Source: Blastocladiella emersonii ATCC 22665 (lineage: Eukaryota > Fungi > Blastocladiomycota). Taken from it: a DNA stretch of 64,000 nt. Where the stretch lies: contig JANHCV010000002.1 of the NCBI GenBank assembly GCA_025594325.1, forward strand, positions 1,550,001-1,614,000, in the 5' to 3' direction. The notes under the pieces were generated by a model that made no database searches, was not told where the DNA came from, and worked only from the letters and a program-made list of their open reading frames with translations. Each line of letters opens with the position of its first letter. The stretch's first letter is position 1. Below are positions 34,152 to 46,338 of the stretch, piece by piece. Made by a program: the position numbers and the translations under genes.

Positions 34152-35014
34152 GACGTGGAGATGCGCCGGCCGCCGCCGCCGCCGCTGCTCGAGTCGCTGA
34201 GCCAGCTGCTGCGGCGTGGGCTGATGGCGCGCGATCCCGACGACGAGGAGGACGACGACGAGGATGAGGAAGCGCGGCGGCCCAGCAGGTTGAGGGCGTC
34301 CCACGGGCTGTCGCCGTGCGGCAGGCGAATGACGGGCCCGCCGGGGCACAGGTCAAAGACCATGTAGATCTCGTCGCCGCCGGCCGTGTCCATGACCTCG
34401 TGCAGCTTGACGCAGTTCGGGTGGTGCAGCTTCTTGAGCACGGCAATCTCGTGCGCGATGGCGTCGCTCGTCTCCGGCGGCGTGTCGGCGCCGCCGGTCG
34501 TGGACGGGAACATGGCCGAGTGGACGCGCGGCGAGCCAACGCCGATGCCCATGCCACGCCCGCGCCCGCCGCGATGGGCGCCGCGCATGGCGGCGACGCG
34601 CTGGCGCGACTGGACGGCCCACTCGGCGCGGCGCATGTGGGCCTTGGACAGCTCCTTGATGGCGAAGACGGCACCCGTATCGAGGTTGGTGGCGTGGAAG
34701 ACGGTGCCGTACGCGCCGCGGCCGAGAACCCGGTCGATTCGGTACTGGTTGATGCGGACGTGGCCATCCAGGCGGTCGACGCGGTCCACGGTCGACTCGC
34801 GGACCGGGTCGAACAGGTCGTCCGTGACCGAGAGAGAGCGGACGTGGCGCGGGTTGGTCTTGCTCCCGCGGCGGCTCGGGGTGGCGGCGGCGGCGAGCGA
34901 TGGGGACATGGGCGGCAGCGGGACCACCACCGACGAAGTGGGGATCGGCGAGCCCACGGGCGACATGGCGCGCGACGCCGGGAGGGATCGCGGCAGCGGC
35001 GGCAGTGTGTCCAT
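32324..35014 (-). CDS. CaMKK-family Ser/Thr kinase (Ssp1/Sak1-like)
   Basis: INQYRI..LGRGAYGTV, AIKELSK, an Arg/Gly/Pro-rich insert before HEIAVLKKLHHPNCVKLHEVMD, HRDIKPENLLL, DFGISE, GSPAFVAPEL, DIWAMGVTLYCMVFGRLPF. Confidence 0.92.
34118..34150. repeat. (GCT)11 microsatellite encoding poly-Ser inside the kinase domain
   Basis: Perfect trinucleotide run, read directly. Confidence 0.95.
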
Positions 35015-35963
35015 GTGTTATTGCATGCGGTGGCGGGCGCCAGGTGATAATCGCTGAAATCTGTGGGGACAAGGGAGGGAGGGGAGAGGGGAGGAGAGGC
35101 CGGGTCGCGGCGACCACGCCGAGCCGCCCCCGCACCGGAAGAACTCGACCCGGCCCCAGAATACTGCCGGATAACCATCACCGGCCCCGGGGTTAGTGCC
35201 GCGATTAATACAGGCTGTTCCATCCGTCAACAGGTCGGCACGCGGCGATATCGGCGTGCTGCAAGGCCGGCGTGGGCCAGCTGCCAGGCCCATCGCAGTG
35301 ATCCGCATGCGCTTCCAGATTGGTCGATTGGGTGCGTGTGACCCTGAAATTAGCATCTCGGCCGCTGCTGCCGCGCGCGCGCCGTCACTTAGCCCCCCTG
35401 GCGCCGTGGTGTCCGCGCCGCCCTCGACGCCGACGCGCACTCATCGAGACGACGGCGCACACCACGACTGCCTGCAACGCACGCCGCGCATCCTGCTCCA
35501 CGTCCACGCCCGAGCGGTGAGGCATCCTGCGCGGTTCGACCCCGGCACAGCAGCATCGTGCCAGCGACCTGGTCGGCTCCGACTCGCAGCGACCCCGAGC
35601 GCGCGGCGACCTCGACTCGCCCCCCATCCATCCATTGTTCGGGAACGGCTGCGCACCTGCCGACTGCTCGCAACAAGGGATCCCCCTGCTGCAGCAGTCC
35701 CTGCGCCACGGTCCGCCGAATCCCGGAAGGCGGCCGGCTTTCCCCGCAACCGTCCGCGCTCATCTCGCCTCGCACCCCTACTGCGCGCGCCCGTTTGCAT
35801 CGCAACCGCCTCGCTCTCGCTCCTCCCGCTCTCCCGCATTGCCCTGGGCGCCGCGCTACATCCTCGAAGCGACACCTTGTACGTGTCTCGCAGCGATGTC
35901 GTAGCCGTGTCGGTCTCGCTCACTTCGTGTTCACCGTGTCGTCTAGCTTTGCCCGTCGTGACC

Positions 35964-38900
35964 ATGCATCCGGGATCGCCTGGCTCACTTGCGTCGCCGT
36001 CCGAGCGCAGCCGGATCAGCAGCCTGCTCGGCGATGATGACGGCGCGACTACGACCTCGCCCGCGACCGCGACCGCGACCATGGCGCTGGCCGTGCCGAC
36101 CGTGGCCGTGACCGTGTCGTCGCCGCGCGGGACCACCGTGACGGCGACGGGCGACGACCTCGCGCGCGACTTTGGCGGCCTGCACCTCGCGCCCGTCGCC
36201 GACGCGGCGCAGTCGTCGCGCGTCCACCCGGGCCTCTACTACGACCACCACTCGCACCACCACGACCACGACGACGACGACTGCGCCAGCCGGCCCTCGG
36301 CCGTCACCGACGACACGGTCTCGTCCTCGGTCCACCCGGACCTCGACGCCGCTGCCGACGACGACCTGCCCGAGTTCCTCGTCATCCTGCGCATTGAGAC
36401 CACCCACGACGCGCGCCACCCGGGCGACCCCGACGACGGGATCGTTGACGACATTGTCGTGGCGATGCCGAGCACCTTCTCGTCGACGGTCTCATCCTCG
36501 GCGGCATCCAGCGCCAAGCTGGTCGCGGATCAGAACGCGTCCGCGTCGAGCACCACCTCGGCCGGCTCGCTCGCATCCTCGGCCAGTGGCAGCCCGACGC
36601 TCGCCACGCCCGCTGCCTCGAATGGGACCGACCTGGCCGACTCGTCGCTCGGCCACAGCCTCGCCGCGTCCTCGGACGCCGCGGCCGCCGTCTCGACCGT
36701 CATTGTGCCGTGCGGCCCGCCCCCGCGCACCCCGACCGTCCCTGCCGACCAGGCCGAGGTGCTCGCCCTCGCCTGGTGCATCTACCATACCCCGACCGCC
36801 GCCGTGGTCGCGCGCCACCTCTTTGTCACGTCGCCGCAGGCCACCCCCGTCACCGTCTACACCGAGGCCCGGTCCGGTATCGCCGCCAAGGACGTGCTCG
36901 ACCTGCCCGGGCTCGACGCCGCCCTCGTCGCGCTCGACCAGTCGCTCGCCGCGCACGGGCTGCGTCTCAACGGCAGCGCCGAGTCGCAGGACCAGCAGTC
37001 GCAGCAGCCGCAGTCGCCGCGGTTCGCCTTCCTCACGTACGACGCCTTCGACCTACGCCTGCAGCTCCCGACCGAGTGCCGCCGCAAGCGCGTCGACCTG
37101 CCGCCCGCGCTCGCGCAGCCCGTCTACTTCAGCCTGGTCAAGGAGGTGTCCAAGTGGATGCGCCACCACCCCGAGTCCGCGCACCAGCTGCCCTCGCTCG
37201 CCCTGCGCGACCTGTGCTACTACTTCTCGGCCGACGCCGTCCAGGGCGTCCCCGTCGGCTCGCTCTCGTCGACCATCACCGCCGAGTTCGCCACCAACCT
37301 GCCCGCGCGCCCCGAGAACGCGGTCGCGCGTGGCGGCGACGCGATCCTCGCCGCCGGTCTCCTCCCCTCGCCGCTGCACCGGTGCGAGGCCATGGCCAAC
37401 CTCGTCACGGCGCTCCGCGCGTACCGGTACCCGGACGTGCTCGCGGCGGCCATCGACTGCGCCGCCGGGTTCCGCCAGTTCGCCGACGAGCGCAGCTGTG
37501 TCCTGCACCTGTCCGAGCTCCCGTTCGCCACCTCGGCCGCGCTCCTCGCCACCGCCGCGTCCGGGACCGCGTCCCCGCCGGCCACGGCTGCGACCAGCCC
37601 GACCGAGGCCGACGTGCTTGCGTGGTTCCGCGGGTACGGCCTCGAGCCCGTGGCGCTGCAGATGCTCGTCAACCGGCAGCGCGTGCCGACGGGCGACGCG
37701 TTCGCGACGTTTGCGACGCACGACGAGGCGCACGCCGCGCTCGCCATGAACGGCCGCATGCTGCGCGTCTCGGGCGCCGCCGCGGCTGCGGGTGGACTCG
37801 CGCCCTTCGGCGGGACCCATGCCGCAACGCCGCTCGACGCGGCCATGATCGCCGTCGACGCCAGCTCCCCCGTCGTGCTCGTCCACGCGCACGCCAACCT
37901 CGTCCCGTTCCCGAACGCCGCGGCCAACCCCGCGGCCGCGACCAGCGTGTCCTCGCTCGTCCCGCACTCACAGCAGCAGCAGCACGGTGGCAACGGCGGC
38001 GGGACCCCGATGCGCGTCGGCGACTGGCTGTGCCCCGCGTGCCGGTACCACAACTTCGCGTCGCGCCAGTCATGCCACCGGTGCACCACGCCGAACCCCG
38101 CCAACGCGGTGTCGTCGCTCGGCGTGCCCGACTACGGCGGCGCGCTCGGCACCTCGCCTGGTAACGGCAACGGGAACGGCGGGTTCATGCTCTCGTCGTC
38201 GCCCGCGGCGCAGCGCGGGAACGGGTTCGGCGGGCCCGCGTCGCTACTCCGCGGCAACAGCGGCGGCGGTGCCATGGCGCGCTCGTACGAGCCCCAGCAG
38301 CCGCAGCAGCAGACCCAGCCGCAGCAGCAGCCGACCGAGTGGTACTGCGGCAACCCTATCTGCGGCGCGCGCAACGCCGCGACCCAACGCATGCGGTGCT
38401 TCCACTGCGGCGTCCCGCGCCACGCGCCCGGGCTCGCGGCGCTCGATGCCGCGGCGGCCGCCGCCGGGTTCCAGCAGCACCACCACCAGCAACAGCAGAG
38501 CGCGCGGTTCCCGCCCGCTGGCGCAAGTGCGGGTAAGCCGCTCGCGCAGGGCGAGCCCGACTCGTGGAACTACGGCGCCGGCGGGGATGCCGGGTCGTAC
38601 GGGTCCGCGTCGGGCGGCGCGATGATGCGCGGCGTGCAGATGCAGCAGCAGGCACAGCAGCGGTGGATCGCGCGCCACGGGTCGTCGACGGACGTGCACG
38701 CCGGCGGTATCCCGACCGAGATGGCGGGCTCGCCGTACGGTCCCGGGTCGTACGGCGCCAACAACCTCAAGGGCGGGTACGCCGGCAGCTACGGCGCCCA
38801 GCAGCAGCAGCAGCCGACGGGCCGCCCCGGCCGGTCGCATTCGCACTCGTCGGGCTCCACGCCGCACCACCACCACCATCACCAGCACCATCCCAACGGC

Positions 38901-39449
38901 GGCGGTGGTCCGTCCAACATGCGTCCGGGCGACTGGATCTGCCCGAACGCAGACTGCCGGTTCCAGAACTTTGCGTCGCGCGCCATGTGCCTGCGGTGCG
39001 GCAACCCGTCGCCGACGCCGCCCACCGCCATGTGCCCCGTCCCGTTCCGCGCCGGCGACTGGCTGTGCGTCGCGTGCCACGCGCACAATTTCGCGAGCCG
39101 CATCAACTGCGTCCGGTGCGGGTGCACCAAGGCCCTCTCGCTCGCCGCCGCCCAGGGGCAGCCGTCGGCGATCGCGGGCCGGCCACCGCAACCGCAGCAA
39201 CCGCAACAGCGGCGCCCGCAGCAGCAGCAGCAGTACGCGTCGTCGCCGTCGGGTGCTGGTGCCGCGCAGTTTGGCGGCGGGTACCACGGCGGCGGCGGGC
39301 TCGGGTCGAGCCCCGGCGCGATGGGCTTCGGCATGGGCGGCATGGGCGGCATGGGCATGGGCGGCGCGCCGGCGCCCGCGCCGCAGGCGCACTTTTACCC
39401 GCCGTCGATGCTCCCGCCGCCGGCCGCGTCGCACGGCGGCCCGATGTGA
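35964..39449 (+). CDS. Nrp1-like RNA-binding protein: degenerate exonuclease-like domain, RRM, four RanBP2-type zinc fingers
   Basis: Likely ATG 35964 inside the 35196 ORF. FLTYDAFDLRLQLPTEC..YFSLVKEV; RRM CVLHLSELPF..GDAFATFATHDEAHAAL; GDWLCPAC..NFASRQSCHRC, EWYCGNPIC..CFHC, GDWICPNADC..NFASRAMCLRC, GDWLCVAC..NFASRINCVRC. Confidence 0.85.
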   Translation: MHPGSPGSLASPSERSRISSLLGDDDGATTTSPATATATMALAVPTVAVTVSSPRGTTVTATGDDLARDFGGLHLAPVADAAQSSRVHPGLYYDHHSHHHDHDDDDCASRPSAVTDDTVSSSVHPDLDAAADDDLPEFLVILRIETTHDARHPGDPDDGIVDDIVVAMPSTFSSTVSSSAASSAKLVADQNASASSTTSAGSLASSASGSPTLATPAASNGTDLADSSLGHSLAASSDAAAAVSTVIVPCGPPPRTPTVPADQAEVLALAWCIYHTPTAAVVARHLFVTSPQATPVTVYTEARSGIAAKDVLDLPGLDAALVALDQSLAAHGLRLNGSAESQDQQSQQPQSPRFAFLTYDAFDLRLQLPTECRRKRVDLPPALAQPVYFSLVKEVSKWMRHHPESAHQLPSLALRDLCYYFSADAVQGVPVGSLSSTITAEFATNLPARPENAVARGGDAILAAGLLPSPLHRCEAMANLVTALRAYRYPDVLAAAIDCAAGFRQFADERSCVLHLSELPFATSAALLATAASGTASPPATAATSPTEADVLAWFRGYGLEPVALQMLVNRQRVPTGDAFATFATHDEAHAALAMNGRMLRVSGAAAAAGGLAPFGGTHAATPLDAAMIAVDASSPVVLVHAHANLVPFPNAAANPAAATSVSSLVPHSQQQQHGGNGGGTPMRVGDWLCPACRYHNFASRQSCHRCTTPNPANAVSSLGVPDYGGALGTSPGNGNGNGGFMLSSSPAAQRGNGFGGPASLLRGNSGGGAMARSYEPQQPQQQTQPQQQPTEWYCGNPICGARNAATQRMRCFHCGVPRHAPGLAALDAAAAAAGFQQHHHQQQQSARFPPAGASAGKPLAQGEPDSWNYGAGGDAGSYGSASGGAMMRGVQMQQQAQQRWIARHGSSTDVHAGGIPTEMAGSPYGPGSYGANNLKGGYAGSYGAQQQQQPTGRPGRSHSHSSGSTPHHHHHHQHHPNGGGGPSNMRPGDWICPNADCRFQNFASRAMCLRCGNPSPTPPTAMCPVPFRAGDWLCVACHAHNFASRINCVRCGCTKALSLAAAQGQPSAIAGRPPQPQQPQQRRPQQQQQYASSPSGAGAAQFGGGYHGGGGLGSSPGAMGFGMGGMGGMGMGGAPAPAPQAHFYPPSMLPPPAASHGGPM

Positions 39450-39744
39450 GGACGGTGGCCGAGTTCGCGCGGCGCGCGGCTGGCAGCAGCGGGTCTGCTC
39501 ACCCTCTTCTTCTTCCTACCTTACCTGATCTCTCCCCCTCTCTTACCCGTGTGTGTCGTGTGCGTGTGTGTGTTTCCTGGCGTGTGAAACCCTTCCTTCC
39601 CTCGTCTTCTCGTTCTCTTTTCTCTCTTTTGTTCTGTGTGATGCGTGCGTTCTCTGGCGATATCTGCTCTCTCTCTCTCCGTTCGAATACGATGATCCAC
39701 TTCTCTTCAAGCAAGTACGATGCGCGTGTATCCCCTTCTCTACC

Positions 39745-40518
39745 TCAAACATTGTGGTCGCCCGCAGCTGCGGCCGGCGGAGCCGACGGCTCTGGGTGGG
39801 TCTGCGGCTGCTGCCCTGCATGCGCCGGCGCCGCGTCGTTCTTGGCGGGCGGGGCAGGCGGCGCGCTGCGCGAGGTGACGGGCACGCGCACCGTGTCGGC
39901 GCCCGCGCCCTTGAGCGCTGGCGTGAAGGAGGCGGCGATCAGGCCGATGGCGCCCAGGATGAGCAGGATGCCGATGATGACTAGACGGCGGGACGGGGTG
40001 AGTGGGCGGATGAGCGTGGAGGGCGAGCGTGGAGGGAGGGAGGAGGGGGGAAGACGTACGGTTGCCGCCGATCGAGAGGATGCCCCAGAACAGGTAGACT
40101 GCGAGGTGCAGCGAGCGGCAGTGTGAGTGCGTGTTCGCGGGACCACGGGGCGGGCGGCGAAAGCGTACAAATGCCCTGGCCGCGCAGGTCGCGCAGGAAA
40201 CTGACGGCCGGGTGCGTGGTCATGCTGGTGGCAAAGTTGAAGGTGACGCCGAGCGCGAGGACGGCGAACGTGCTACACCGGAGGCGGCGTCAGTCGATGG
40301 TTGTACGCAAGCGCGGCCACGACGCGCACATCTCGTAGATGCCGACAACGAGGATGGTAAAGTAGATGCCGCCGAAGATGAGCGTCAGGATGCCGACAAT
40401 CTACAGCTTCCCGCTGTCAGCGAGTGCGTGACGCGTCGTTGACACGGCGACGGACCAGCAGCAGCAGCGCGCAGACGACGTTGACCCACGGCAGGGCGGC
40501 GCGGATGGAGAATGCCAT
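39745..40518 (-). CDS. COPI-associated / Tvp15-like Golgi membrane protein, about five exons
   Basis: Manual splicing gives MAFSIRAALPWVNVVCALLLL-IVGILTLIFGG..-FLRDLRGQGIFYLFWGILSIGGN-LIIGILLILGAIGL. FL...GxGxFYLFxG is the family motif as I recall it. Confidence 0.7.
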
Positions 40519-41031
40519 GGTTGTGGTTGTAGTTGCAATTAGACGTGGACTCGATGCATGGATGAATGGGTTGGTTGGGGGGAGCGCAAGTCGCGCGCGA
40601 GACGGTGGCCGGGAATTTATGGGTGGCGCGGGCTTCGATGAGCGACGCGCGATCGGCCCTCACCTTCCACGTTTCCTGACACACGGGATGCTTTCCCGCG
40701 GAAAAACGCCGGCAAGCACACCTCGTCCTTCTTGCCACACACGCGTGAGGCTGACGCGACGCGTCGTCCAACTCCGAGGCAGGGCGGGCGGGAGACGCGT
40801 CGCGCCGCCCTTGGTGCGAGACACGCGGGTTCGGAGCGTCAGGTGATGCGGGCTGACCGGGTTTCCGGGGCGGCCGATCTCGTTTCGCCTCGCGCGCGCG
40901 GCGCGTCTCCGCTGCTTCGCGGACGCAACGTATCAGGCACCCCCCATTGCAACGTAATCGACACTCTGTGCAACGCCATCCCGGCGACCCGCGCACCCAG
41001 CTATACCAGTCCGTCCGAGGCAGCCGTCACG

Positions 41032-41924
41032 ATGCCGAAATACTACTGTGGTGAGTTGCTGCCGCGGTCCTCGCGCATCGGCTCGACACCGCTCACACTC
41101 TCCAACAAACTGTAGACTACTGCGACATCTACCTGACGCACGACTCGCCGTCGGTGCGGCGCGCGCACAACATGGGGTGGAAGCACCTGATGCACGTCAA
41201 GGACTACTACTCGGAGCTCGGCCACGGCCAGGCCCAGGAGATCATCGACAAGATTACCAACGCCCACGCCGTCCGCGGTCTCGCCATGCCCGCGGTTCCG
41301 ACCCCTGCGCCCATGCCCATGCCGCCGCACGGCCACGGAGGTTTTGGGGGTGATCGCCGCGGGGGACCGCCCGGCGGCGGCGGGTTCCGCGGCGGGTTCG
41401 GCGGCGATCGTCGAGGCGGTGGGGGCGATTTCCGCGGTGGCGACCGGGACTTCCGCGGGGGAGACCGGGGTGGCGATTTCCGCGGCGGGGACCGCGACTT
41501 CCGCGGCGGGGATCGTGATTTCCGTGGCGGCGACCGCGATCGCAGGGACGATTTCCGCGGCGGCAACAACGACCGTCGAGACGACTTTCGCGGCGGCAAC
41601 AACGACCGCGACCGCGACCGCGACTTCCACCACCGCGGCGGCTTTAGCGGCGACCGCGATCGGGACCGCGACTTCGGCGGGCCACCGCGCGGCGGCGACT
41701 TTCACCGGGGCGGCGGCCCGCCGCCGCCGCATCACCACCACCATGGTCATCACCATGGACACGGGCACGGGTCGCAGCTGCCGCTTAGCGGGCTGCCGCC
41801 ACGGCCGCCCATGGGCGGGAGCGGCGGGCCACCACCACCGCAGCACCAGTCGTCCGGGTACGGGCACAAGCGGTCCGCGGGCGACGATTTCGGCGGGTCG
41901 CCCGATAAGCGCGGGCGGTACTGA
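41032..41924 (+). CDS. SNRPC: U1 snRNP protein C with a long RGG/RD tail
   Basis: MPKYYC-intron (about 41051-41114)[24 protein letters not shown], the U1-C zinc finger. Confidence 0.95.
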
Positions 41925-42002
41925 GGCGTGGGCGGGGTCTTGCAATGCGATAATACAGTTCCAGCTGATCCAAAAACTACTACTATTGCATGGAATAACC
42001 AA

Positions 42003-42714
42003 CTACTTGTCGTCGGCAGTCGCGGCCGTGGCGAGCTCGGCCGAGTCGGACTCGGGCACGGCGTCGAGCTTGTCGCCGAGGACGAGCTCCATGGCGTTGC
42101 GCGTGACACGGCGGCACGCGAGCATCCAGAACAGCACGTTCAGGGTGCCCGCGGGCGCGAACGGCAGGGCGAGCACGGCGCCGACCAGGCCGCCGAACCA
42201 GTCGTCGGGCACGTAGAACATGGGCGTGGTGCGGTACACGACCGAAAGCCCGACGTACAGCAGGTAGAAGACGGCACGCGTCGCGACCTGCGCCTTGAGC
42301 AGGAACATGGACCGCGCCGAGCGGAGCGTCGAGGCTGTGAGGGGTGCGCGGGGTCAGTGACGGGTGTCGCCCGGTCTACGAGGGCGTGAACGGACCCAGC
42401 TCGTCGTGCGTCGCCACGGCCTTGTCGAGGGTGCGGCGCACGCGCGCCCACTTGGCAAACTCGTCCATGGCGCTGAGCGTCTTGAGCTCGGCGCGCAGCG
42501 TCACGATCTCGCCGCGCAGCTGCGCGTGCTTGGCGGTTGCGGCGCGGTACGCGAGCCAGCGGTACACGGCAAACAGCTGCTCGCAGATGAGCGTGAAGCC
42601 GAGCCACGAGATGACCTCGATGAACACGGAGCCCGCCAGCACCACGAGCGCGGGCGGCGCCGACGCCAGCCACGCGGGCACGAGCAGGTGCGGCAGCCAC
42701 AGGGACTCGAGCAT
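42003..42714 (-). CDS. GET1: GET1/WRB tail-anchored protein insertase
   Basis: N-terminal TM, coiled coil LRAELKTLSAMDEFAKWARVRRTLDK, one intron, then PMFYVPDDWF and LPFAPAG..FW. Confidence 0.92.
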
Positions 42715-43038
42715 GGTTGATGCGTTGCGTAGGGTGTTGATGCGTTGATACGTTGCAGAGCGGGGGGAGGGGGAGCGAGAGGCAGAGGACTCTGATCGAC
42801 GCGTGGCGAAGGCGCGGAGACACGGCCACGGCGCCATGCGGGCCACCGCGATGCCCATCCGCGAGTGTCACGCGATGCGCGAATACCCCGAATAGCGTGT
42901 TCCGGCGTCGGCCGATTCCCAGCGGGACGCCCCGGCGCCGCCCGCGTCGCTCGATTCCTCTCCTCTCCCCTCCCCGCCCTCCCTGCCAACCATCCGACTC
43001 CTCGCAACGTATCCATCACCGCGCGCCCGGTCCGGCCC

Positions 43039-46000
43039 ATGACGACGACGCCCGGATCGCCCGTGCCCGCCCCGCCACCGCGCGGAGGCGCGCCCGCCGG
43101 CCTGACGTCGCCCGCGCCCGCGCTGGCGCCGCCGCCGCCCTTGATGTCTGCCGCCAGTGTGAGCGCGCCCAACGCCGGCCCGATGCAGCCCGCCGGCATG
43201 ACGCTCGGCATGCCGCCTGGAATCGTGCCATCGTCCGCGGGCCCGTCCCCGTTCGCGCTCCTCGCGAGCGCCGCCGCTGCCGCCAACGCGGCCGCGCTGC
43301 ACCCGGCCGGCGCCTCGCCCGGCCCGCCGCAGCCTGCGGTCTCGGCCGCCGCGCCCGAGGGCACCCCGCCGCTGCAGCCGTCGTCGCCCTCGGCGTACTC
43401 GACGCAGTTCATGGCCGCTGCGGCTGCTGCTGCGGCGGCCGGTGGATCGCCGTACGGCGCGTCGCCCATTCTCGGCCCGACGCCCGTCATGCACGCCGCC
43501 GCGAGCCCGCACCACGTCCACCACCACCCGCACCATCCGCACGCCCACCACCACCACATGCAGCCGCACCACGTCGTCGCCGCGTACCCGCAGCTGCACC
43601 ATGTGCCCGGGGCAAGTGGCGGCGCGGTGGCCGGACCGATGCGTATGTCCATGCACCCCGTCTACCTGCAGCCGCCGCCCGGCGCGTCGGTCATGGCGAG
43701 CGGCCCGCCGCGCCCCGCACCCGTGCTCGCTACCATCGCGTCGCCGACGCCCGAGGCCGAGCCCGCACCCATGCCCAACGCCGCGGGCAAGGGCCCCGCG
43801 AAACCGCGTAAGCGCCGTGGTGCTGCAGCCGCCGAGAAGGAGAAGGCGGCGGCGTCGTCCGCGCTAACGAGCCCCGAGCCCGGCGCGGCCAGCGAGCACG
43901 ACCACCACCACCACCACTCGGCCGCCGCCGAGTCGCACGACGACCACGACGATCACGCCGACAGCGGGAACCGCGGCACCGGCAAGCGGCGCGCCGGGAA
44001 CAAGCGCAAGAAGGTCAACACGGCGTGCGTCTACTGCCGCCGGTCACACATGACGTGCGACGACGGTACCTTCGCTTTGGCTCGATCTCTGTTGCCGTCA
44101 CCGCGCTGACCCTCGCCCCCACCAGGCCGCCCGTGCCAGCGCTGCATCCGGCGCCACATCGGCCACCTGTGCCACGACGAGCCCAAGACCCCGACCACCA
44201 CCACCCCGCCCGGCGGCAGCGGCCTGCCCTCCATGGCTTCCGCCCTGCCCGACGCCGCCGCCACCGCCATGGCCGCCGGCATGCTGCAGATCAACCCGCT
44301 CACGGGCCCCCCGCTCTCCTACATGCAGCAGAACGTCTTCTCGTCGTCCGCCGGCGACGACGCCAGCGGCACCGTCACTCCGACCCTCGGGTCTCCCGCA
44401 CTCAACCCGACGCTCACCCCGCAGCAGCACCAGCACGTCGCTGCGGCAGCAGCGGCGGCGGCAGCGCTCGCGGGGTCGACGGATCCGCTCGGGGTCGCTG
44501 CTGCTGCGGCGGCGATGGTCGCCAACGCGAATGCGGCAGCCGCTGCCGCGTCGCTCGCCGGGTCGCCGCTGCTCATGGCCCACCGCTCCGAATCGGAGCT
44601 CCAGGGTACGCTACTGTTGTTTCGCGCTTCGCGGGCTGGGTGCAGTGGCTGACCTCGATGTCCAGGCACGCCGAACGGGCACCACGGCTCGCTCCTCGAC
44701 CTGCCCGCCGCCACCATGACCACGGCGCCCACCACGCAGCAGCAGCAGCAACAGGCGACGGACCAGTCCCAGTCGCAGTCCCAGCCGCAGCAGCAACAAC
44801 CGCTCGGCACCCCCGTCGAGGGCACCCCGCCGCCGCCGTCGCACGGCATCTCCACCACGGCCTCGACGCCCGTCGGCGGAACTGCGGCCTCCTCGACCGC
44901 CGCCGTGACCTCCTCGACGCCCTTCGCCCCGCCGCCGCCCACCACCACCTCCTCGGCCTCGGCCCCCGCCGACCTCGCGCCCTTCTTCTGGGGCGGGTCC
45001 AACCTCACTGGCCTCCCCATGGGCGGCCTCACGCACCTCCCCTTCGCGTCCGAGCTCGCTATCAACGAGTTCAGCGTCATTTCCGATTTCGTCGAGCACT
45101 TTGACCCGATGCGCGGCGTTCACGCGAATGGCGGCCACGGGTTCGGCGGCGGCGCCGCCGCGTTCGCGCACCAGCACCAGCACCAGCAGCACGACGCGTA
45201 CGGGCAGCCGGGTGTTTTGCAGCCGCACCAGGATGGGAACGGTGGGCCCATGTCGCCGTTCGCGGGACCCGTGCCGCCCGGATCCGGCCAGCTCGCGCCC
45301 GTCATGCACCACCACCCGCAGCAGCACGCGCAGCAGGCGATGCAGCAGCAGCCGCTCCTGCATGACGACAACCCGCAGGCCCAGCAGCAGCAGCAGCAGC
45401 AGCCGTCGTCCTCGGGTGACGCGGGCGACAGGACCGCGCCGGCGGGCGACGAGAGCTACCTGCTGCGCATGGCGGACCCGGTGGCGACGACCATCGAGGA
45501 CCGGCTCAAGGCGGTGATCAACGCCAAGTACGAGGCGGGGTACCTTCGCCCGTTCAACTACGTCAACGGGTACGCGCGCCTGCAGCGGTACATGGAGCAG
45601 CACATGTCCCCGGGGTCGCGGCACCGCGTGCTCGCTGCCATGGCGCGGTTCCGCCCCTCGTTCCGGTCCGTCGCCGCGTCGTTGACGGACGTCGACCTGG
45701 TGCTCGTCGAGGAGACGTTCGAGCGGCTGCTGCTCGACTACGACCACCTGTTCTCGGCCATGGGCGTCCCCGCGTGCCTGTGGCGGCGCACGGGCGAAAT
45801 CTACAAGGCCAACCACCAGTTCGCCGACCTCGTCGGCGTGCCCCTCGCCAAGCTCAAGGACGGCGTCACCACCCTGTACGAGCTCATGGCCGAGGACTCG
45901 GCCGTCAACTACTGGGAAAAGTACGGCGGGATCGCCTTCGATCCGGGGCAAAAGGCCGTCCTCACCTCGTGCCTCCTCGAGTACCAGGGCAGCGGCGGCG

Positions 46001-46272
46001 GCGAGGACGGCGGCGAGGGTAGCGGCAAGAAGACGCCGATCCCGTGCTGCTTCTCCTTCACGATCCGGCGCGACAAGTACAATATCCCCATCATGGTCGT
46101 CGGCAACTTTCTCCCGATCCAGCCCCCGCCGCCGCCCACCGTCATCGGCGCGATCCCGACCGGCCGCGGCGGCGGCAACGGCGGCAGCCAGCAGCCCAGC
46201 GCGGGCAACACGCCGCCGCCACCAGCACCAGCAGTTTCCGCGCCTGCGCCACCAGGAGGAGGAGCGCGGTGA
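43039..46272 (+). CDS. Zn2Cys6 transcription factor with C-terminal PAS-like domain, AcuM/Rds2 family
   Basis: KRKKVNTACVYCRRSHMTCDD-intron-GRPCQRCIRRHIGHLCHDEP; YLRPFNYVNGYARLQ..PACLWRRTGEIYKAN..NYWEKYGGIAFD..KAVLTSC. Second intron about 44606-44665. Confidence 0.92.
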
Positions 46273-46338
46273 CCCCGCGCCTGCGACGCGCGCGAGGAGA
46301 AGAGGAGAGAATACACCAGTCAACTTATATCACCACCA

